From the IMG/VR virus record IMGVR_UViG_2721755498_000004: a DNA stretch of 55,363 nucleotides; one strand, given 5' to 3'. The notes beneath the pieces were generated by a model. That model ran no database searches, was not told the DNA's origin, and saw nothing but the letters and a program-made list of their open reading frames with translations. Both the position numbers and the translations under genes were made by a program. Source of the stretch: a virus. Taxonomy: Duplodnaviria; Heunggongvirae; Uroviricota; Caudoviricetes. Position 1 is the first letter of the stretch. Each line of letters starts with the position of its first letter. Shown piece after piece: positions 45,665-55,363 of the stretch.

Positions 45665-46090
45665 TCAATGCACAGCCACAATATTTCCTGCAGGGCCACC
45701 ACGATTCATCTGGTTGAAACCAGCGATCGCCACTGCGACAAAATCATCAGCGTCTCTCACCAGTCGTTCCCGCGTCTCCACTAGTTCCCGAAAATAGGCT
45801 GAGCTATGGCTGCGCATTCGGGCCACCAGCAGAGGTGGCATTGCTTTTTCGATAGCTGGTAACAACGCCTGAATTTTTTCAACTGCATCAGGGGTGTCTT
45901 TCTCTACCCAGCGGAAAATTTTCTGGGTATTGCGAGCCAGGGCTTCCGGATGGCTGTCGTCATACAGTTCTGGGAACGTCATACCCAGTTCAAAATAAGC
46001 CCTGGTTATTTCAGCTGCCGGAACTTTTTCACCGTCCGGATGCGCCCAGGCATTCATCGCCATGCGGATGTGTTCATGCTTGATTTTCAT
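45665..46090 (-). CDS. early-region protein in the YdaT position (141 aa)
   Basis: Second gene of the rightward-early-like operon after the Cro-like gene; size matches K-12 YdaT (140 aa). Identity by synteny only. Confidence 0.45.
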   Translation of the reverse strand: MKIKHEHIRMAMNAWAHPDGEKVPAAEITRAYFELGMTFPELYDDSHPEALARNTQKIFRWVEKDTPDAVEKIQALLPAIEKAMPPLLVARMRSHSSAYFRELVETRERLVRDADDFVAVAIAGFNQMNRGGPAGNIVAVH

Positions 46091-46355
46091 GAATCAAGCT
46101 CCTAGAAAGTGGTTGTGTTAACATTTTGGTATCTTCCAGCTCGGGCCAAATATTCATCCAATCAAAAGGCCTTAGTTGCTGACGTGTAACTTCACCATTA
46201 CTGGCTCGCTCAATAAGGACACATAACGATGCCCCTAACACTTGACCTTTACTCAATGCCTTTCTTAGATAACCGATGCTGGTACCACACTCGCATGCAA
46301 ACATACGCTGTTCATCTGACGAAAGAGAATTGAGAAATATTCTTAATTCTTCCAT
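46074..46355 (-). CDS. Cro/CI-type HTH protein, divergent from the repressor gene (YdaS position)
   Basis: 93 aa with HTH-like segment (GTSIGYLRKALSKGQ); divergently transcribed from racR across an operator-bearing intergenic region. Confidence 0.55.
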   Translation of the reverse strand: MEELRIFLNSLSSDEQRMFACECGTSIGYLRKALSKGQVLGASLCVLIERASNGEVTRQQLRPFDWMNIWPELEDTKMLTQPLSRSLIHENQA

Positions 46356-46384
46356 AGCTACTCCTTAGTAAACACAGCAAAGAA

Positions 46385-46462
46385 TACCCATAGGTAAACA
46401 TAAGTCAATACCCACAGGTTGTTTACCTTGCAGTAATCGCATCTATTATTTACCTATGGACA
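46385..46462. promoter_or_regulatory. candidate operator cluster between the Cro-like gene and racR
   Basis: TACCCATAGGTA (46385-96), TACCCACAGGTT (46409-20), TACCTATGGACA (46451-62, overlapping the racR ATG); consensus palindrome TACCCATGGGTA. Confidence 0.55.
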
Positions 46463-46875
46463 AATATGAATTTAGACGACAGCAACTCATCAAAATTCGT
46501 GATGAGAAATGCGATGGTAAAGCGGTTAACGTGGCCAGAAAGATCGGGCGCGAGCCTTCTTATGTATCAAGAATGTTGTACCCAGAGGGGAAAAAGGGAA
46601 AAAAACGGATCGCTGATGATATGGTGGAGATTATCGAAGAGTCCTTTGGGTTACCCCGGGGATGGATGGATGGTATCGTTTCATCATCAACGAACACAGC
46701 CTCCAGTTATGAAACAAGGGTTCTTACGCCACGACAACGTATTTTTTTAGATCTCTTGGACGAACTGCCAGAAAGTGAAGCGGATAACTTATTAAAAACT
46801 CTTGAAGAGAAAAAACAGTATTACAATATGATCTACGAAGAAATCCGTAAAAAGAAAGCACAAAACGCATCATAG
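46456..46875 (+). CDS. racR: prophage repressor
   Basis: 139 aa, divergent from the Cro-like gene and flanked on both sides by palindromic operator-like sites. K-12 RacR is recalled as 158 aa, so start or identity may differ. Confidence 0.6.
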   Translation: MDKYEFRRQQLIKIRDEKCDGKAVNVARKIGREPSYVSRMLYPEGKKGKKRIADDMVEIIEESFGLPRGWMDGIVSSSTNTASSYETRVLTPRQRIFLDLLDELPESEADNLLKTLEEKKQYYNMIYEEIRKKKAQNAS

Positions 46876-46917
46876 CTCACCAAACAACTAGTCACCAGTT
46901 AAGACACCGTAAAAAGT

Positions 46918-46954
46918 TACCCATGGGTATTTACTTTTTAAATACCTATGGGTA
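46918..46954. promoter_or_regulatory. candidate operator pair downstream of racR
   Basis: Perfect palindrome TACCCATGGGTA (46918-29) and TACCTATGGGTA (46943-54), centres 25 bp apart, upstream of ydaG. Confidence 0.55.
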
Positions 46955-47129
46955 TCCTTCTTTTCATACCAACCCACCCCGCCCCACAGAATGCAGGGCA
47001 ATACTTCGAGTTACCAGGCAGTGGTCAGGGGTTAAGTAGCCAGCCCGAGGCGTAAGAACATGACGGCGGGATTCAAATTTTGCAGTGCAGCAGTTAGTTC
47101 CGCCACCCGGCGTTAAGGGGAGAGATAAG

Positions 47130-47264
47130 ATGGTGCATTACGAAGTAGTTCAGTATTTGATGGATTGTTGCGGTATCACTTACAACCAGGCTGTGCAGGC
47201 TTTACGCAGCAACGACTGGGATCTCTGGCAGGCAGAAGTCGCTATACGTAGCAACAAGATGTGA
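47130..47264 (+). CDS. ydaG: small protein YdaG-like (44 aa)
   Basis: Hand-found ORF (MVHYEVVQYLMDCCGITYNQAVQALRSNDWDLWQAEVAIRSNKM) with GGGGAGAG RBS; below the track cut-off; size and position match K-12 ydaG. Confidence 0.5.
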   Translation: MVHYEVVQYLMDCCGITYNQAVQALRSNDWDLWQAEVAIRSNKM

Positions 47265-47274
47265 GATTCGCAAA

Positions 47275-47430
47275 ATGCAAAAAATCGACCTCGGCAACAA
47301 CGAATCCCTGGTGTGCGGCGTGTTCCCCAACCAGGATGGAACGTTCACTGCCATGACGTATACCAAAAGCAAAACATTTAAAACCGAAACTGGTGCGCGC
47401 CGATGGTTGGAGAAGCACACAGTAAGCTAA
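47275..47430 (+). CDS. ydaF: small protein YdaF-like (51 aa)
   Basis: Hand-found ORF (MQKIDLGNNESLVCGVFPNQDGTFTAMTYTKSK...) 10 bp after ydaG; size and position match K-12 ydaF. Confidence 0.5.
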   Translation: MQKIDLGNNESLVCGVFPNQDGTFTAMTYTKSKTFKTETGARRWLEKHTVS

Positions 47431-47915
47431 CGATTAAAACGTCTACTCCTGCTGTTCCAGAATAACTTCATAAAATGGGAGTATTTTTCGGTGACGAGAT
47501 AATAAGAACAGTTTGCGCTATCACTCTGATGTTGAATGATGCCCTTCCGTTCTAATTTTTTCATAACCGGGTTACGGCAAGGAGAAGTGATAATAAGATT
47601 TCCTGTTTTAAGGAAATCTTTAAATACAGCGATTTCTTTCTCAGATAAACGAAGCAATACTCGTTGCTCTGGTAGTAATGAATAATGCTTTTGAATATGT
47701 GCTCGCAATCTTGAGAAGGAAATGGCGACCACGAAAGAAAAGGCAAAAACGATAATCTGAAAGAGCCAAGGTATTTCAGTATAAGCATTGAATGCGACAG
47801 TAAACTCTTTCGGTATCAGCCAGAGAGTGAGACCAAAAATGATAATCGTATACATAAGTCTTTCGAGTGGCTCGTTAGCAAAAAGTTTCAACAATGGAGT
47901 AAATACATCCAACAT
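47427..47915 (-). CDS. sieB: superinfection exclusion protein B
   Basis: Hydrophobic N-terminal half with basic C-terminus; 162 aa from MLDVFTPLLK (track ORF starts 5 codons earlier at 47930); position in the immunity region as in Rac. Confidence 0.7.
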   Translation of the reverse strand: MLDVFTPLLKLFANEPLERLMYTIIIFGLTLWLIPKEFTVAFNAYTEIPWLFQIIVFAFSFVVAISFSRLRAHIQKHYSLLPEQRVLLRLSEKEIAVFKDFLKTGNLIITSPCRNPVMKKLERKGIIQHQSDSANCSYYLVTEKYSHFMKLFWNSRSRRFNR

Positions 47916-47966
47916 ATCAATAACTCTCAACTGTAAGGGTATTGAAATGTTGGTAATGACTCCAAC

Positions 47967-48470
47967 TTATTGATAGTGTTTTATGTTCAGATAATGCCCG
48001 ATGACTTTGTCATGCAGCTCCACCGATTTTGAGAACGACAGCGACTTCCGTCCCAGCCGTGCCAGGTGCTGCCTCAGATTCAGGTTATGCCGCTCAATTC
48101 GCTGCGTATATCGCTTGCTGATTACGTGCAGCTTTCCCTTCAGGCGGGATTCATACAGCGGCCAGCCATCCGTCATCCATATCACCACGTCAAAGGGTGA
48201 CAGCAGGCTCATAAGACGCCCCAGCGTCGCCATAGTGCGTTCACCGAATACGTGCGCAACAACCGTCTTCCGGAGCCTGTCATACGCGTAAAACAGCCAG
48301 CGCTGGCGCGATTTAGCCCCGACGTATCCCCACTGTTCGTCCATTTCCGCGCAGACGATGACGTCACTGCCCGGCTGTATGCGCGAGGTTACCGACTGCG
48401 GCCTGAGTTTTTTAAGTGACGTAAAATCGTGTTGAGGCCAACGCCCATAATGCGGGCTGTTGCCCGGCAT
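47967..48470 (-). CDS. insB: IS1 transposase InsB
   Basis: 167 aa recognised as IS1 InsB. Confidence 0.9.
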
Positions 48471-48664
48471 CCAACGCCATTCATGGCCATATCAATGATT
48501 TTCTGGTGCGTACCGGGTTGAGAAGCGGTGTAAGTGAACTGCAGTTGCCATGTTTTACGGCAGTGAGAGCAGAGATAGCGCTGATGTCCGGCGGTGCTTT
48601 TGCCGTTACGCACCACCCCGTCAGTAGCTGAACAGGAGGGACAGCTGATAGAAACAGAAGCCAC
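48389..48664 (-). CDS. insA: IS1 protein InsA
   Basis: 91 aa with zinc-finger-like CxxC..CxxC N-terminus, recognised as IS1 InsA. Confidence 0.9.
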
Positions 48665-49133
48665 TGGAGCACCTCAAAAACACCATCATACACTAAATCA
48701 GTAAGTTGGCAGCATCACCTGAAATGTTAACACAAGCTCTCGCTGTAGGGGTATAGCCGAGACCACCGAAGCCCGGAGGTGGTGAAATAAAACCGGGCAC
48801 AACACGAAGGCGCATTTCCGATATCCATAAAGAGTCGGTCTTGTCTGTTAAATTTAAATGGTGGGAGTGCGCCTCCGGTTGTAAATAACGACATTGCTGT
48901 GTGTAGTCCTGGCGGCATCAGTTTTTTTCTTGAAGTTCGGCTGATGTCCGCCCTTTTTAAAGTGAATTTTGTGATGCGGTGAATGCGGCTAAGCGCACGT
49001 GGCACAGTTAAAAGTCATGTTAGTCCTTATTGGTTTGGGTGGGAAAGCCGACTGTAATTGTTAACTGGTTGCAGTCACCTGGAGGCACCAGACACCGCAT
49101 CAACAAAGTTCATTTGTAAAAATGGAGATAATT

Positions 49134-49355
49134 ATGATTGCACATCACTTCGGAACTGATGAAATACCACGTCAGTGTGTGACTCCTGGCGATTATGTTC
49201 TTCATGAAGGCCGGACATATATTGCCTCGGCAAACAATATTAAAAAGCGAAAACTATATATTCGTAACCTGACCACAAAAACATTCATTACTGACCGCAT
49301 GATTAAAGTCTTCCTCGGTCGTGATGGTTTACCTGTAAAGGCGGAGTCATGGTGA
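49134..49355 (+). CDS. kilR: cell-division inhibitor KilR
   Basis: 73 aa from [14 protein letters not shown] (GGAG RBS); size and position, first gene of the kilR-ydaE-racC-recET block, match Rac KilR. Confidence 0.75.
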
Positions 49356-49525
49356 TGACTAAGAAAATAAAATGTGCTTACCACCTTTGCAAAAAAGACG
49401 TTGAAGAAAGCAAAGCTATTGAAAGAATGCTTCACTTCATGCACGGGATTTTATCAAAAGACGAACCGAGAAAATATTGCAGTGAAGCTTGTGCCGAAAA
49501 AGACCAGATGGCACATGAACTTTAA
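49355..49525 (+). CDS. ydaE: small zinc-binding-like protein YdaE-like (56 aa)
   Basis: Hand-found [23 protein letters not shown]...CSEACAEKDQMAHEL, start overlapping the kilR stop; below the track cut-off. Confidence 0.55.
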   Translation: MTKKIKCAYHLCKKDVEESKAIERMLHFMHGILSKDEPRKYCSEACAEKDQMAHEL

Positions 49526-49599
49526 TTAATTGACTATTCGAAACTGAATTTATGCCAGAAATGGCAGGTATTCGCTCAACCTTAATTAAGGAGAAAAAC

Positions 49600-49875
49600 A
49601 TGATTACCAATTATGAAGCCACTGTTGTAACTACCGATGACATTGTTCACGAGGTGAATCTGGAAGGAAAGCGCATTGGCTACGTAATTAAAACAGAAAA
49701 TAAAGAAACCCCATTCACTGTGGTTGATATCGATGGTCCATCAGGCAACGTAAAAACACTTGATGAAGGTGTCAAAAAAATGTGCCTGGTGCATATCGGA
49801 AAGAATCTGCCCGCAGAAAAAAAAGCCGAATTTCTGGCAACTCTAATTGCAATGAAATTAAAAGGTGAAATCTGA
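49600..49875 (+). CDS. racC: RacC protein
   Basis: 91 aa from MITNYEATVV (AAGGAG RBS); immediately upstream of recE. Confidence 0.7.
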   Translation: MITNYEATVVTTDDIVHEVNLEGKRIGYVIKTENKETPFTVVDIDGPSGNVKTLDEGVKKMCLVHIGKNLPAEKKAEFLATLIAMKLKGEI

Positions 49876-49976
49876 AAGAAATAGCCTGCGTATGGCGCAG
49901 GCTATGAACAGTGTGTATCCGGCAAGATCATTCACTGAACAAAACGAATTTTAATCTGAGTTGAGGTTAAAAAACA

Positions 49977-52577
49977 ATGAGCACAAAACCACTCTTCCTG
50001 TTACGGAAAGCGAAAAAATCATCCGGTGAACCTGACGTCGTCCTGTGGGCAAGCAACGATTTTGAATCGACCTGTGCCACTCTGGACTACCTGATCGTTA
50101 AGTCAGGTAAAAAACTGATCAGCTATTTTAAAGCTGTTGCCACGAATTTTCCTGTCGTTAATGACCTGCCCGCTGAAGGTGAGATCGATTTTACCTGGAG
50201 TGAACGCTATCAACTCAGCAAAGACTCCATGACATGGGAACTAAAACCGGGAGCAGCACCAGACAACGCTCACTATCAAGGCAATACCAACGTCAACGGC
50301 GAAGACATGACTGAGATTGAGGAGAATATGCTACTCCCAATTTCTGGCCAGGAACTGCCCATTCGTTGGCTTGCTCAACACGGCAGCGAAAAACCGGTAA
50401 CGCACGTTTCACGCGACGGACTCCAGGCATTACACATTGCTCGGGCTGAAGAACTACCGGCTGTTACTGCCCTGGCTGTTTCCCACAAAACCAGCCTGCT
50501 CGACCCGCTGGAAATTCGCGAACTCCACAAACTGGTTCGTGACACTGACAAAGTTTTCCCTAATCCTGGTAATTCAAACCTGGGACTGATAACTGCTTTT
50601 TTCGAAGCATACCTGAACGCTGACTACACCGATCGAGGACTGCTGACAAAAGAGTGGATGAAGGGTAATCGTGTTTCACACATCACTCGCACGGCTTCCG
50701 GTGCTAATGCTGGCGGCGGAAACCTCACCGATCGCGGCGAAGGTTTCGTACACGATCTGACGTCACTGGCGCGCGACGTAGCCACTGGCGTACTGGCCCG
50801 TTCAATGGATCTGGACATCTATAACCTTCATCCGGCACACGCTAAACGCATTGAGGAAATTATCGCTGAAAATAAACCGCCCTTTTCTGTTTTCCGCGAC
50901 AAATTCATCACCATGCCTGGCGGGCTGGATTATTCCCGCGCCATCGTGGTTGCGTCCGTAAAAGAAGCACCAATTGGGATCGAGGTCATCCCCGCGCACG
51001 TCACTGAATATCTGAACAAAGTACTGACTGAAACCGATCATGCCAACCCTGATCCGGAAATCGTGGATATTGCCTGCGGTCGCTCCTCTGCCCCGATGCC
51101 GCAGCGAGTAACAGAAGAAGGAAAACAGGATGATGAAGAAAAACCGCAACCATCTGGAACAACGGCAGTTGAACAGGGAGAGGCTGAAACAATGGAACCG
51201 GACGCAACTGAACATCATCAGGACACGCAGCCGCTGGATGCTCAGTCACAGGTAAATTCTGTTGATGCGAAATATCAGGAACTGCGGGCAGAACTCCATG
51301 AAGCCAGGAAAAACATTCCATCAAAAAATCCTGTCGATGCCGATAAATTGCTTGCTGCATCACGTGGTGAATTTGTTGACGGAATTAGCGACCCGAACGA
51401 TCCGAAATGGGTAAAGGGGATCCAGACTCGCGATTGTGTGTACCAGAACCAGCCAGAAACGGAAAAAACCAGCCCGGATATGAATCAACCTGAGCCAGTA
51501 GTGCAACAGGAACCGGAAATAGCCTGCAATGCCTGCGGCCAGACTGGCGGGGATAACTGCCCTGACTGTGGTGCGGTGATGGGCGACGCAACATACCAGG
51601 AAACATTCGATGAAGAGAGTCAGGTTGAAGCTAAGGAAAATGATCCGGAGGAAATGGAAGGCGCTGAACATCCGCACAATGAGAATGCTGGCAGCGATCC
51701 GCATCGCGATTGCAGTGATGAAACTGGCGAAGTCGCAGATCCCGTAATCGTAGAAGACATAGAGCCAGGTATTTATTACGGAATTTCGAATGAGAATTAC
51801 CACGCGGGTCCCGGTATCAGTAAGTCTCAGCTCGATGACATTGCTGATACTCCGGCACTATATTTGTGGCGTAAAAATGCCCCCGTGGACACCACAAAGA
51901 CAAAAACGCTCGATTTAGGAACTGCTTTCCACTGCCGGGTACTTGAACCGGAAGAATTCAGTAACCGCTTTATCGTAGCACCTGAATTTAACCGCCGTAC
52001 AAACGCCGGAAAAGAAGAAGAGAAAGCGTTTCTGATGGAATGCGCAAGCACAGGAAAAACGGTTATCACTGCGGAAGAAGGCCGGAAAATTGAACTCATG
52101 TATCAAAGCGTTATGGCTTTGCCGCTGGGGCAATGGCTTGTTGAAAGCGCCGGACACGCTGAATCATCAATTTACTGGGAAGATCCTGAAACAGGAATTT
52201 TGTGTCGGTGCCGTCCGGACAAAATTATCCCTGAATTTCACTGGATCATGGACGTGAAAACTACGGCGGATATTCAACGATTCAAAACCGCTTATTACGA
52301 CTACCGCTATCACGTTCAGGATGCATTCTACAGTGACGGTTATGAAGCACAGTTTGGAGTGCAGCCAACTTTCGTTTTTCTGGTTGCCAGCACAACTATT
52401 GAATGCGGACGTTATCCGGTTGAAATTTTCATGATGGGCGAAGAAGCAAAACTGGCAGGTCAACAGGAATATCACCGCAATCTGCGAACCCTGTCTGACT
52501 GCCTGAATACCGATGAATGGCCAGCTATTAAGACATTATCACTGCCCCGCTGGGCTAAGGAATATGCAAATGACTAA
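49977..52577 (+). CDS. recE: exonuclease VIII (RecE)
   Basis: 866 aa, the length of K-12 RecE; the C-terminal nuclease-domain sequence is recognised. Confidence 0.9.
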   Translation: MSTKPLFLLRKAKKSSGEPDVVLWASNDFESTCATLDYLIVKSGKKLISYFKAVATNFPVVNDLPAEGEIDFTWSERYQLSKDSMTWELKPGAAPDNAHYQGNTNVNGEDMTEIEENMLLPISGQELPIRWLAQHGSEKPVTHVSRDGLQALHIARAEELPAVTALAVSHKTSLLDPLEIRELHKLVRDTDKVFPNPGNSNLGLITAFFEAYLNADYTDRGLLTKEWMKGNRVSHITRTASGANAGGGNLTDRGEGFVHDLTSLARDVATGVLARSMDLDIYNLHPAHAKRIEEIIAENKPPFSVFRDKFITMPGGLDYSRAIVVASVKEAPIGIEVIPAHVTEYLNKVLTETDHANPDPEIVDIACGRSSAPMPQRVTEEGKQDDEEKPQPSGTTAVEQGEAETMEPDATEHHQDTQPLDAQSQVNSVDAKYQELRAELHEARKNIPSKNPVDADKLLAASRGEFVDGISDPNDPKWVKGIQTRDCVYQNQPETEKTSPDMNQPEPVVQQEPEIACNACGQTGGDNCPDCGAVMGDATYQETFDEESQVEAKENDPEEMEGAEHPHNENAGSDPHRDCSDETGEVADPVIVEDIEPGIYYGISNENYHAGPGISKSQLDDIADTPALYLWRKNAPVDTTKTKTLDLGTAFHCRVLEPEEFSNRFIVAPEFNRRTNAGKEEEKAFLMECASTGKTVITAEEGRKIELMYQSVMALPLGQWLVESAGHAESSIYWEDPETGILCRCRPDKIIPEFHWIMDVKTTADIQRFKTAYYDYRYHVQDAFYSDGYEAQFGVQPTFVFLVASTTIECGRYPVEIFMMGEEAKLAGQQEYHRNLRTLSDCLNTDEWPAIKTLSLPRWAKEYAND

Positions 52578-53379
52578 GCAACCACCAATCGCAAAAGCCG
52601 ATCTGCAAAAAACTCAGGGAAACCGTGCACCAGCAGCAGTTAAAAATAGCGACGTGATTAGTTTTATTAACCAGCCATCAATGAAAGAGCAACTGGCAGC
52701 AGCTCTTCCACGCCATATGACGGCTGAACGTATGATCCGTATCGCCACCACAGAAATTCGTAAAGTTCCGGCGTTAGGAAACTGTGACACTATGAGTTTT
52801 GTCAGTGCGATCGTACAGTGTTCACAGCTCGGACTTGAGCCAGGTAGCGCCCTCGGTCATGCATATTTACTGCCTTTTGGTAATAAAAACGAAAAGAGCG
52901 GTAAAAAGAACGTTCAGCTAATCATTGGCTATCGCGGCATGATTGATCTGGCTCGCCGTTCTGGTCAAATCGCCAGCCTGTCAGCCCGTGTTGTCCGTGA
53001 AGGTGACGAGTTTAGCTTCGAATTTGGCCTTGATGAAAAGTTAATACACCGCCCGGGAGAAAACGAAGATGCCCCGGTTACCCACGTCTATGCTGTCGCA
53101 AGACTGAAAGACGGAGGTACTCAGTTTGAAGTTATGACGCGCAAACAGATTGAGCTGGTGCGCAGCCTGAGTAAAGCTGGTAATAACGGGCCGTGGGTAA
53201 CTCACTGGGAAGAAATGGCAAAGAAAACGGCTATTCGTCGCCTGTTCAAATATTTGCCCGTATCAATTGAGATCCAGCGTGCAGTATCAATGGATGAAAA
53301 GGAACCACTGACAATCGATCCTGCAGATTCCTCTGTATTAACCGGGGAATACAGTGTAATCGATAATTCAGAGGAATAA
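52570..53379 (+). CDS. recT: recombinase / single-strand annealing protein RecT
   Basis: 269 aa from [16 protein letters not shown], recognised as RecT; overlaps the recE stop. Confidence 0.9.
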   Translation: MTKQPPIAKADLQKTQGNRAPAAVKNSDVISFINQPSMKEQLAAALPRHMTAERMIRIATTEIRKVPALGNCDTMSFVSAIVQCSQLGLEPGSALGHAYLLPFGNKNEKSGKKNVQLIIGYRGMIDLARRSGQIASLSARVVREGDEFSFEFGLDEKLIHRPGENEDAPVTHVYAVARLKDGGTQFEVMTRKQIELVRSLSKAGNNGPWVTHWEEMAKKTAIRRLFKYLPVSIEIQRAVSMDEKEPLTIDPADSSVLTGEYSVIDNSEE

Positions 53380-53435
53380 TTCAGCCTGGCGGTGTAATGC
53401 ACCGCCAACTTGAAATATTTTTTATGAGAAAAATT

Positions 53436-53630
53436 ATGAGATATGACAATATTAAACCATGTCCATTTTGTGGTTGCCCATCAGTAACGGTGAAAGCCAT
53501 TTCAGGATATTACCGAGCGAAGTGTAACGGATGCGAATCCCGAACCGGTTATGGTGGAAGTGAAAAAGAAGCACTCGAAAGATGGAATAAACGAACCACT
53601 GGAAATAATAATGGAGGTGTTCATGTATAA
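53436..53630 (+). CDS. ralR: restriction-alleviation protein / toxin RalR (Lar)
   Basis: 64 aa from MRYDNIKPCPFCGC with CxxC..CxxC zinc ribbon; follows recT. Confidence 0.8.
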   Translation: MRYDNIKPCPFCGCPSVTVKAISGYYRAKCNGCESRTGYGGSEKEALERWNKRTTGNNNGGVHV

Positions 53631-53832
53631 AATTACCGCCACTATTGAAAAGGAAGGTGGCACTCCTACTAACTGGACAAGATATTCAAAATCTAAACTA
53701 ACGAAATCAGAATGCGAAAAAATGCTCTCAGGTAAAAAAGAAGCAGGCGTTTCCAGAGAGCAGAAAGTAAAACTGATAAATTTTAATTGCGAGAAACTTC
53801 AGTCCTCGAGAATTGCATTGTATTCAAATTAA
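53623..53832 (+). CDS. ydaC: small protein YdaC-like (69 aa)
   Basis: Internal ATG with GGAGG RBS (MYKITATIEKEGG...); overlaps the ralR stop; size matches K-12 YdaC. Confidence 0.55.
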   Translation: MYKITATIEKEGGTPTNWTRYSKSKLTKSECEKMLSGKKEAGVSREQKVKLINFNCEKLQSSRIALYSN

Positions 53833-53910
53833 AACTTCATAGCTGATTATTAATAATCAACATCGGGCGTCAATTTCAGTCTAACATTGGCGCCTGCCAG
53901 AGGTGATGCG

Positions 53911-54126
53911 ATGGCACAAGTAATCTTTAATGAAGAGTGGATGGTTGAATACGGCCTGATGCTTCGCACTGGTCTGGGGGCCAGACAAATTGAAGCATAC
54001 CGCCAGAACTGTTGGGTGGAGGGCTTCCACTTCAAACGAGTATCTCCTTTAGGTAAGCCAGACAGCAAACGAGGGATTATCTGGTACAACTATCCAAAGA
54101 TAAATCAGTTTATCAAAGACTCATGA
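53911..54126 (+). CDS. xisR: excisionase
   Basis: 71 aa from [21 protein letters not shown], immediately upstream of the integrase. Confidence 0.8.
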   Translation: MAQVIFNEEWMVEYGLMLRTGLGARQIEAYRQNCWVEGFHFKRVSPLGKPDSKRGIIWYNYPKINQFIKDS

Positions 54127-54127
54127 T

Positions 54128-55363
54128 ATGTCTAAATTACCAACAGGTGTCGAGATTAGAGGTAGATACATTCGCATCTGGTTCATGTTTCGAGGAAAAC
54201 GATGTCGGGAAACATTAAAAGGCTGGGAGATTACAAACAGTAATATTAAAAAGGCCGGAAATTTAAGAGCGCTGATAGTTCATGAAATAAACTCCGGTGA
54301 ATTTGAGTATTTAAGACGTTTTCCCCAGTCCAGCACTGGGGCAAAAATGGTGACAACGAGAGTCATAAAAACGTTCGGAGAGCTTTGTGATATCTGGACA
54401 AAAATTAAAGAGACAGAGTTAACAACAAACACAATGAAGAAAACGAAATCACAATTAAAAACACTCAGAATAATAATTTGTGAAAGTACCCCGATATCAC
54501 ATATTCGTTATAGCGATATCTTAAACTACCGGAATGAACTGCTGCATGGAGAAACGCTTTACCTGGATAATCCAAGATCCAACAAAAAAGGAAGAACCGT
54601 GCGCACAGTTGATAACTATATCGCCCTGCTCTGTTCGCTGTTGCGTTTTGCGTATCAGTCGGGATTTATATCAACCAAACCATTTGAAGGAGTAAAAAAA
54701 TTACAGCGAAACAGAATAAAGCCTGATCCGTTATCTAAAATAGAATTCAATGCATTAATGGAAAGTGAAAAAGGACAGAGCCAGAACTTGTGGAAATTTG
54801 CCGTTTACTCAGGACTTCGTCACGGGGAACTGGCAGCTCTGGCGTGGGAGGATGTGGATCTCGAAAAGGGAATAGTGAATGTCAGAAGAAACCTGACGAT
54901 ACTTGATATGTTCGGTCCCCCAAAAACAAATGCCGGGATCCGAACAGTAACACTACTGCAGCCTGCTCTTGAAGCACTGAAGGAGCAATACAAACTGACC
55001 GGGCATCATCGCAAAAGCGAAATCACCTTTTATCATCGGGAGTACGGCAGAACCGAAAAGCAAAAACTGCATTTTGTTTTCATGCCCAGGGTGTGTAACG
55101 GAAAACAAAAACCTTATTACTCGGTAAGCAGTTTGGGGGCAAGGTGGAATGCAGCAGTAAAACGTGCTGGTATTCGCCGCCGTAATCCGTACCATACGCG
55201 GCATACTTTTGCCTGCTGGCTGTTGACGGCAGGAGCGAACCCGGCATTTATAGCCAGCCAAATGGGGCATGAAACTGCGCAGATGGTGTATGAAATTTAC
55301 GGTATGTGGATTGATGACATGAACGACGAACAGATAGCCATGTTGAATGCGCGGTTATCGTAG
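54128..55363 (+). CDS. intR: tyrosine integrase
   Basis: 411 aa with C-terminal catalytic motifs (..HTRHTFACWL.., ..GHETAQMVYEIY..); stop codon is the last 3 bases of the window. Confidence 0.9.
   Translation: MSKLPTGVEIRGRYIRIWFMFRGKRCRETLKGWEITNSNIKKAGNLRALIVHEINSGEFEYLRRFPQSSTGAKMVTTRVIKTFGELCDIWTKIKETELTTNTMKKTKSQLKTLRIIICESTPISHIRYSDILNYRNELLHGETLYLDNPRSNKKGRTVRTVDNYIALLCSLLRFAYQSGFISTKPFEGVKKLQRNRIKPDPLSKIEFNALMESEKGQSQNLWKFAVYSGLRHGELAALAWEDVDLEKGIVNVRRNLTILDMFGPPKTNAGIRTVTLLQPALEALKEQYKLTGHHRKSEITFYHREYGRTEKQKLHFVFMPRVCNGKQKPYYSVSSLGARWNAAVKRAGIRRRNPYHTRHTFACWLLTAGANPAFIASQMGHETAQMVYEIYGMWIDDMNDEQIAMLNARLS

Larger units (their letters stand above)
47952..48719 (-). mobile_element. 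IS1 insertion sequence (768 bp) with 9-bp target duplication TGAAATGTT
   Basis: Ends ggtaatgactccaacttattgatag... and ...cagtaagttggcagcatcacc; identical 9-mers at 47943-47951 and 48720-48728; A6C frameshift motif between insA and insB. Confidence 0.9.

Noticed and set aside
47202-47420. 72-aa minus-strand ORF
   Set aside because: Antisense to the hand-annotated ydaG and ydaF ORFs, which have RBSs and match known small Rac genes in size and position.
48727-49005. 92-aa minus-strand ORF upstream of kilR
   Set aside because: Lies in the regulatory region between IS1 and kilR with no translation signals; more likely non-coding leader DNA.
50624-52475. Several 60-150-aa minus-strand ORFs inside recE
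   Set aside because: Antisense to a well-recognised 866-aa gene, with no RBS and low-complexity translations.

Overview
The whole 55.4-kb window reads as one nearly full-length Rac-type lambdoid prophage of Escherichia coli, running from ynaE/pinR at the left edge to the integrase intR, whose stop codon is the last base (att sites lie outside the window). Gene calls rest on the supplied ORF track, recalled lambda / E. coli K-12 protein sequences and sizes, and synteny; no database search was run, and hand-read coordinates for non-ORF features are approximate (about +/-3 bp). Left to right: Pin invertase, tail-fibre assembly and side tail fibre (minus strand); lom; a lambda-like tail tip J-I-K-L-M; tape-measure H, G/G-T chaperone and a non-lambda major tail protein; a non-lambda head/packaging block (capsid, scaffold, Mu-F-like protein, portal, TerL, TerS); a ParB-like + glycosyltransferase-like pair; trkG; a lambda-like lysis cassette; a Q-S interval moron; a Q-like gene and nin-region genes; an ~8.5-kb non-phage cargo block (yeaR-like, MFS-ChaC-LysR operon, DUF2254, BCCT transporter); a replication module with iteron-like repeats; the racR immunity region with palindromic operators; then kilR-ydaE-racC-recE-recT-ralR-ydaC-xisR-intR. 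The prophage looks defective: IS5 splits the tape-measure gene, IS3 splits the Q-like gene, IS1 sits between sieB and kilR (all three with target-site duplications), and J and stf each carry a frameshift. The loci most worth follow-up are the ParB-like/GT-like pair, the Q-S membrane-protein moron, the candidate origin iterons, the operator palindromes and the cargo island.
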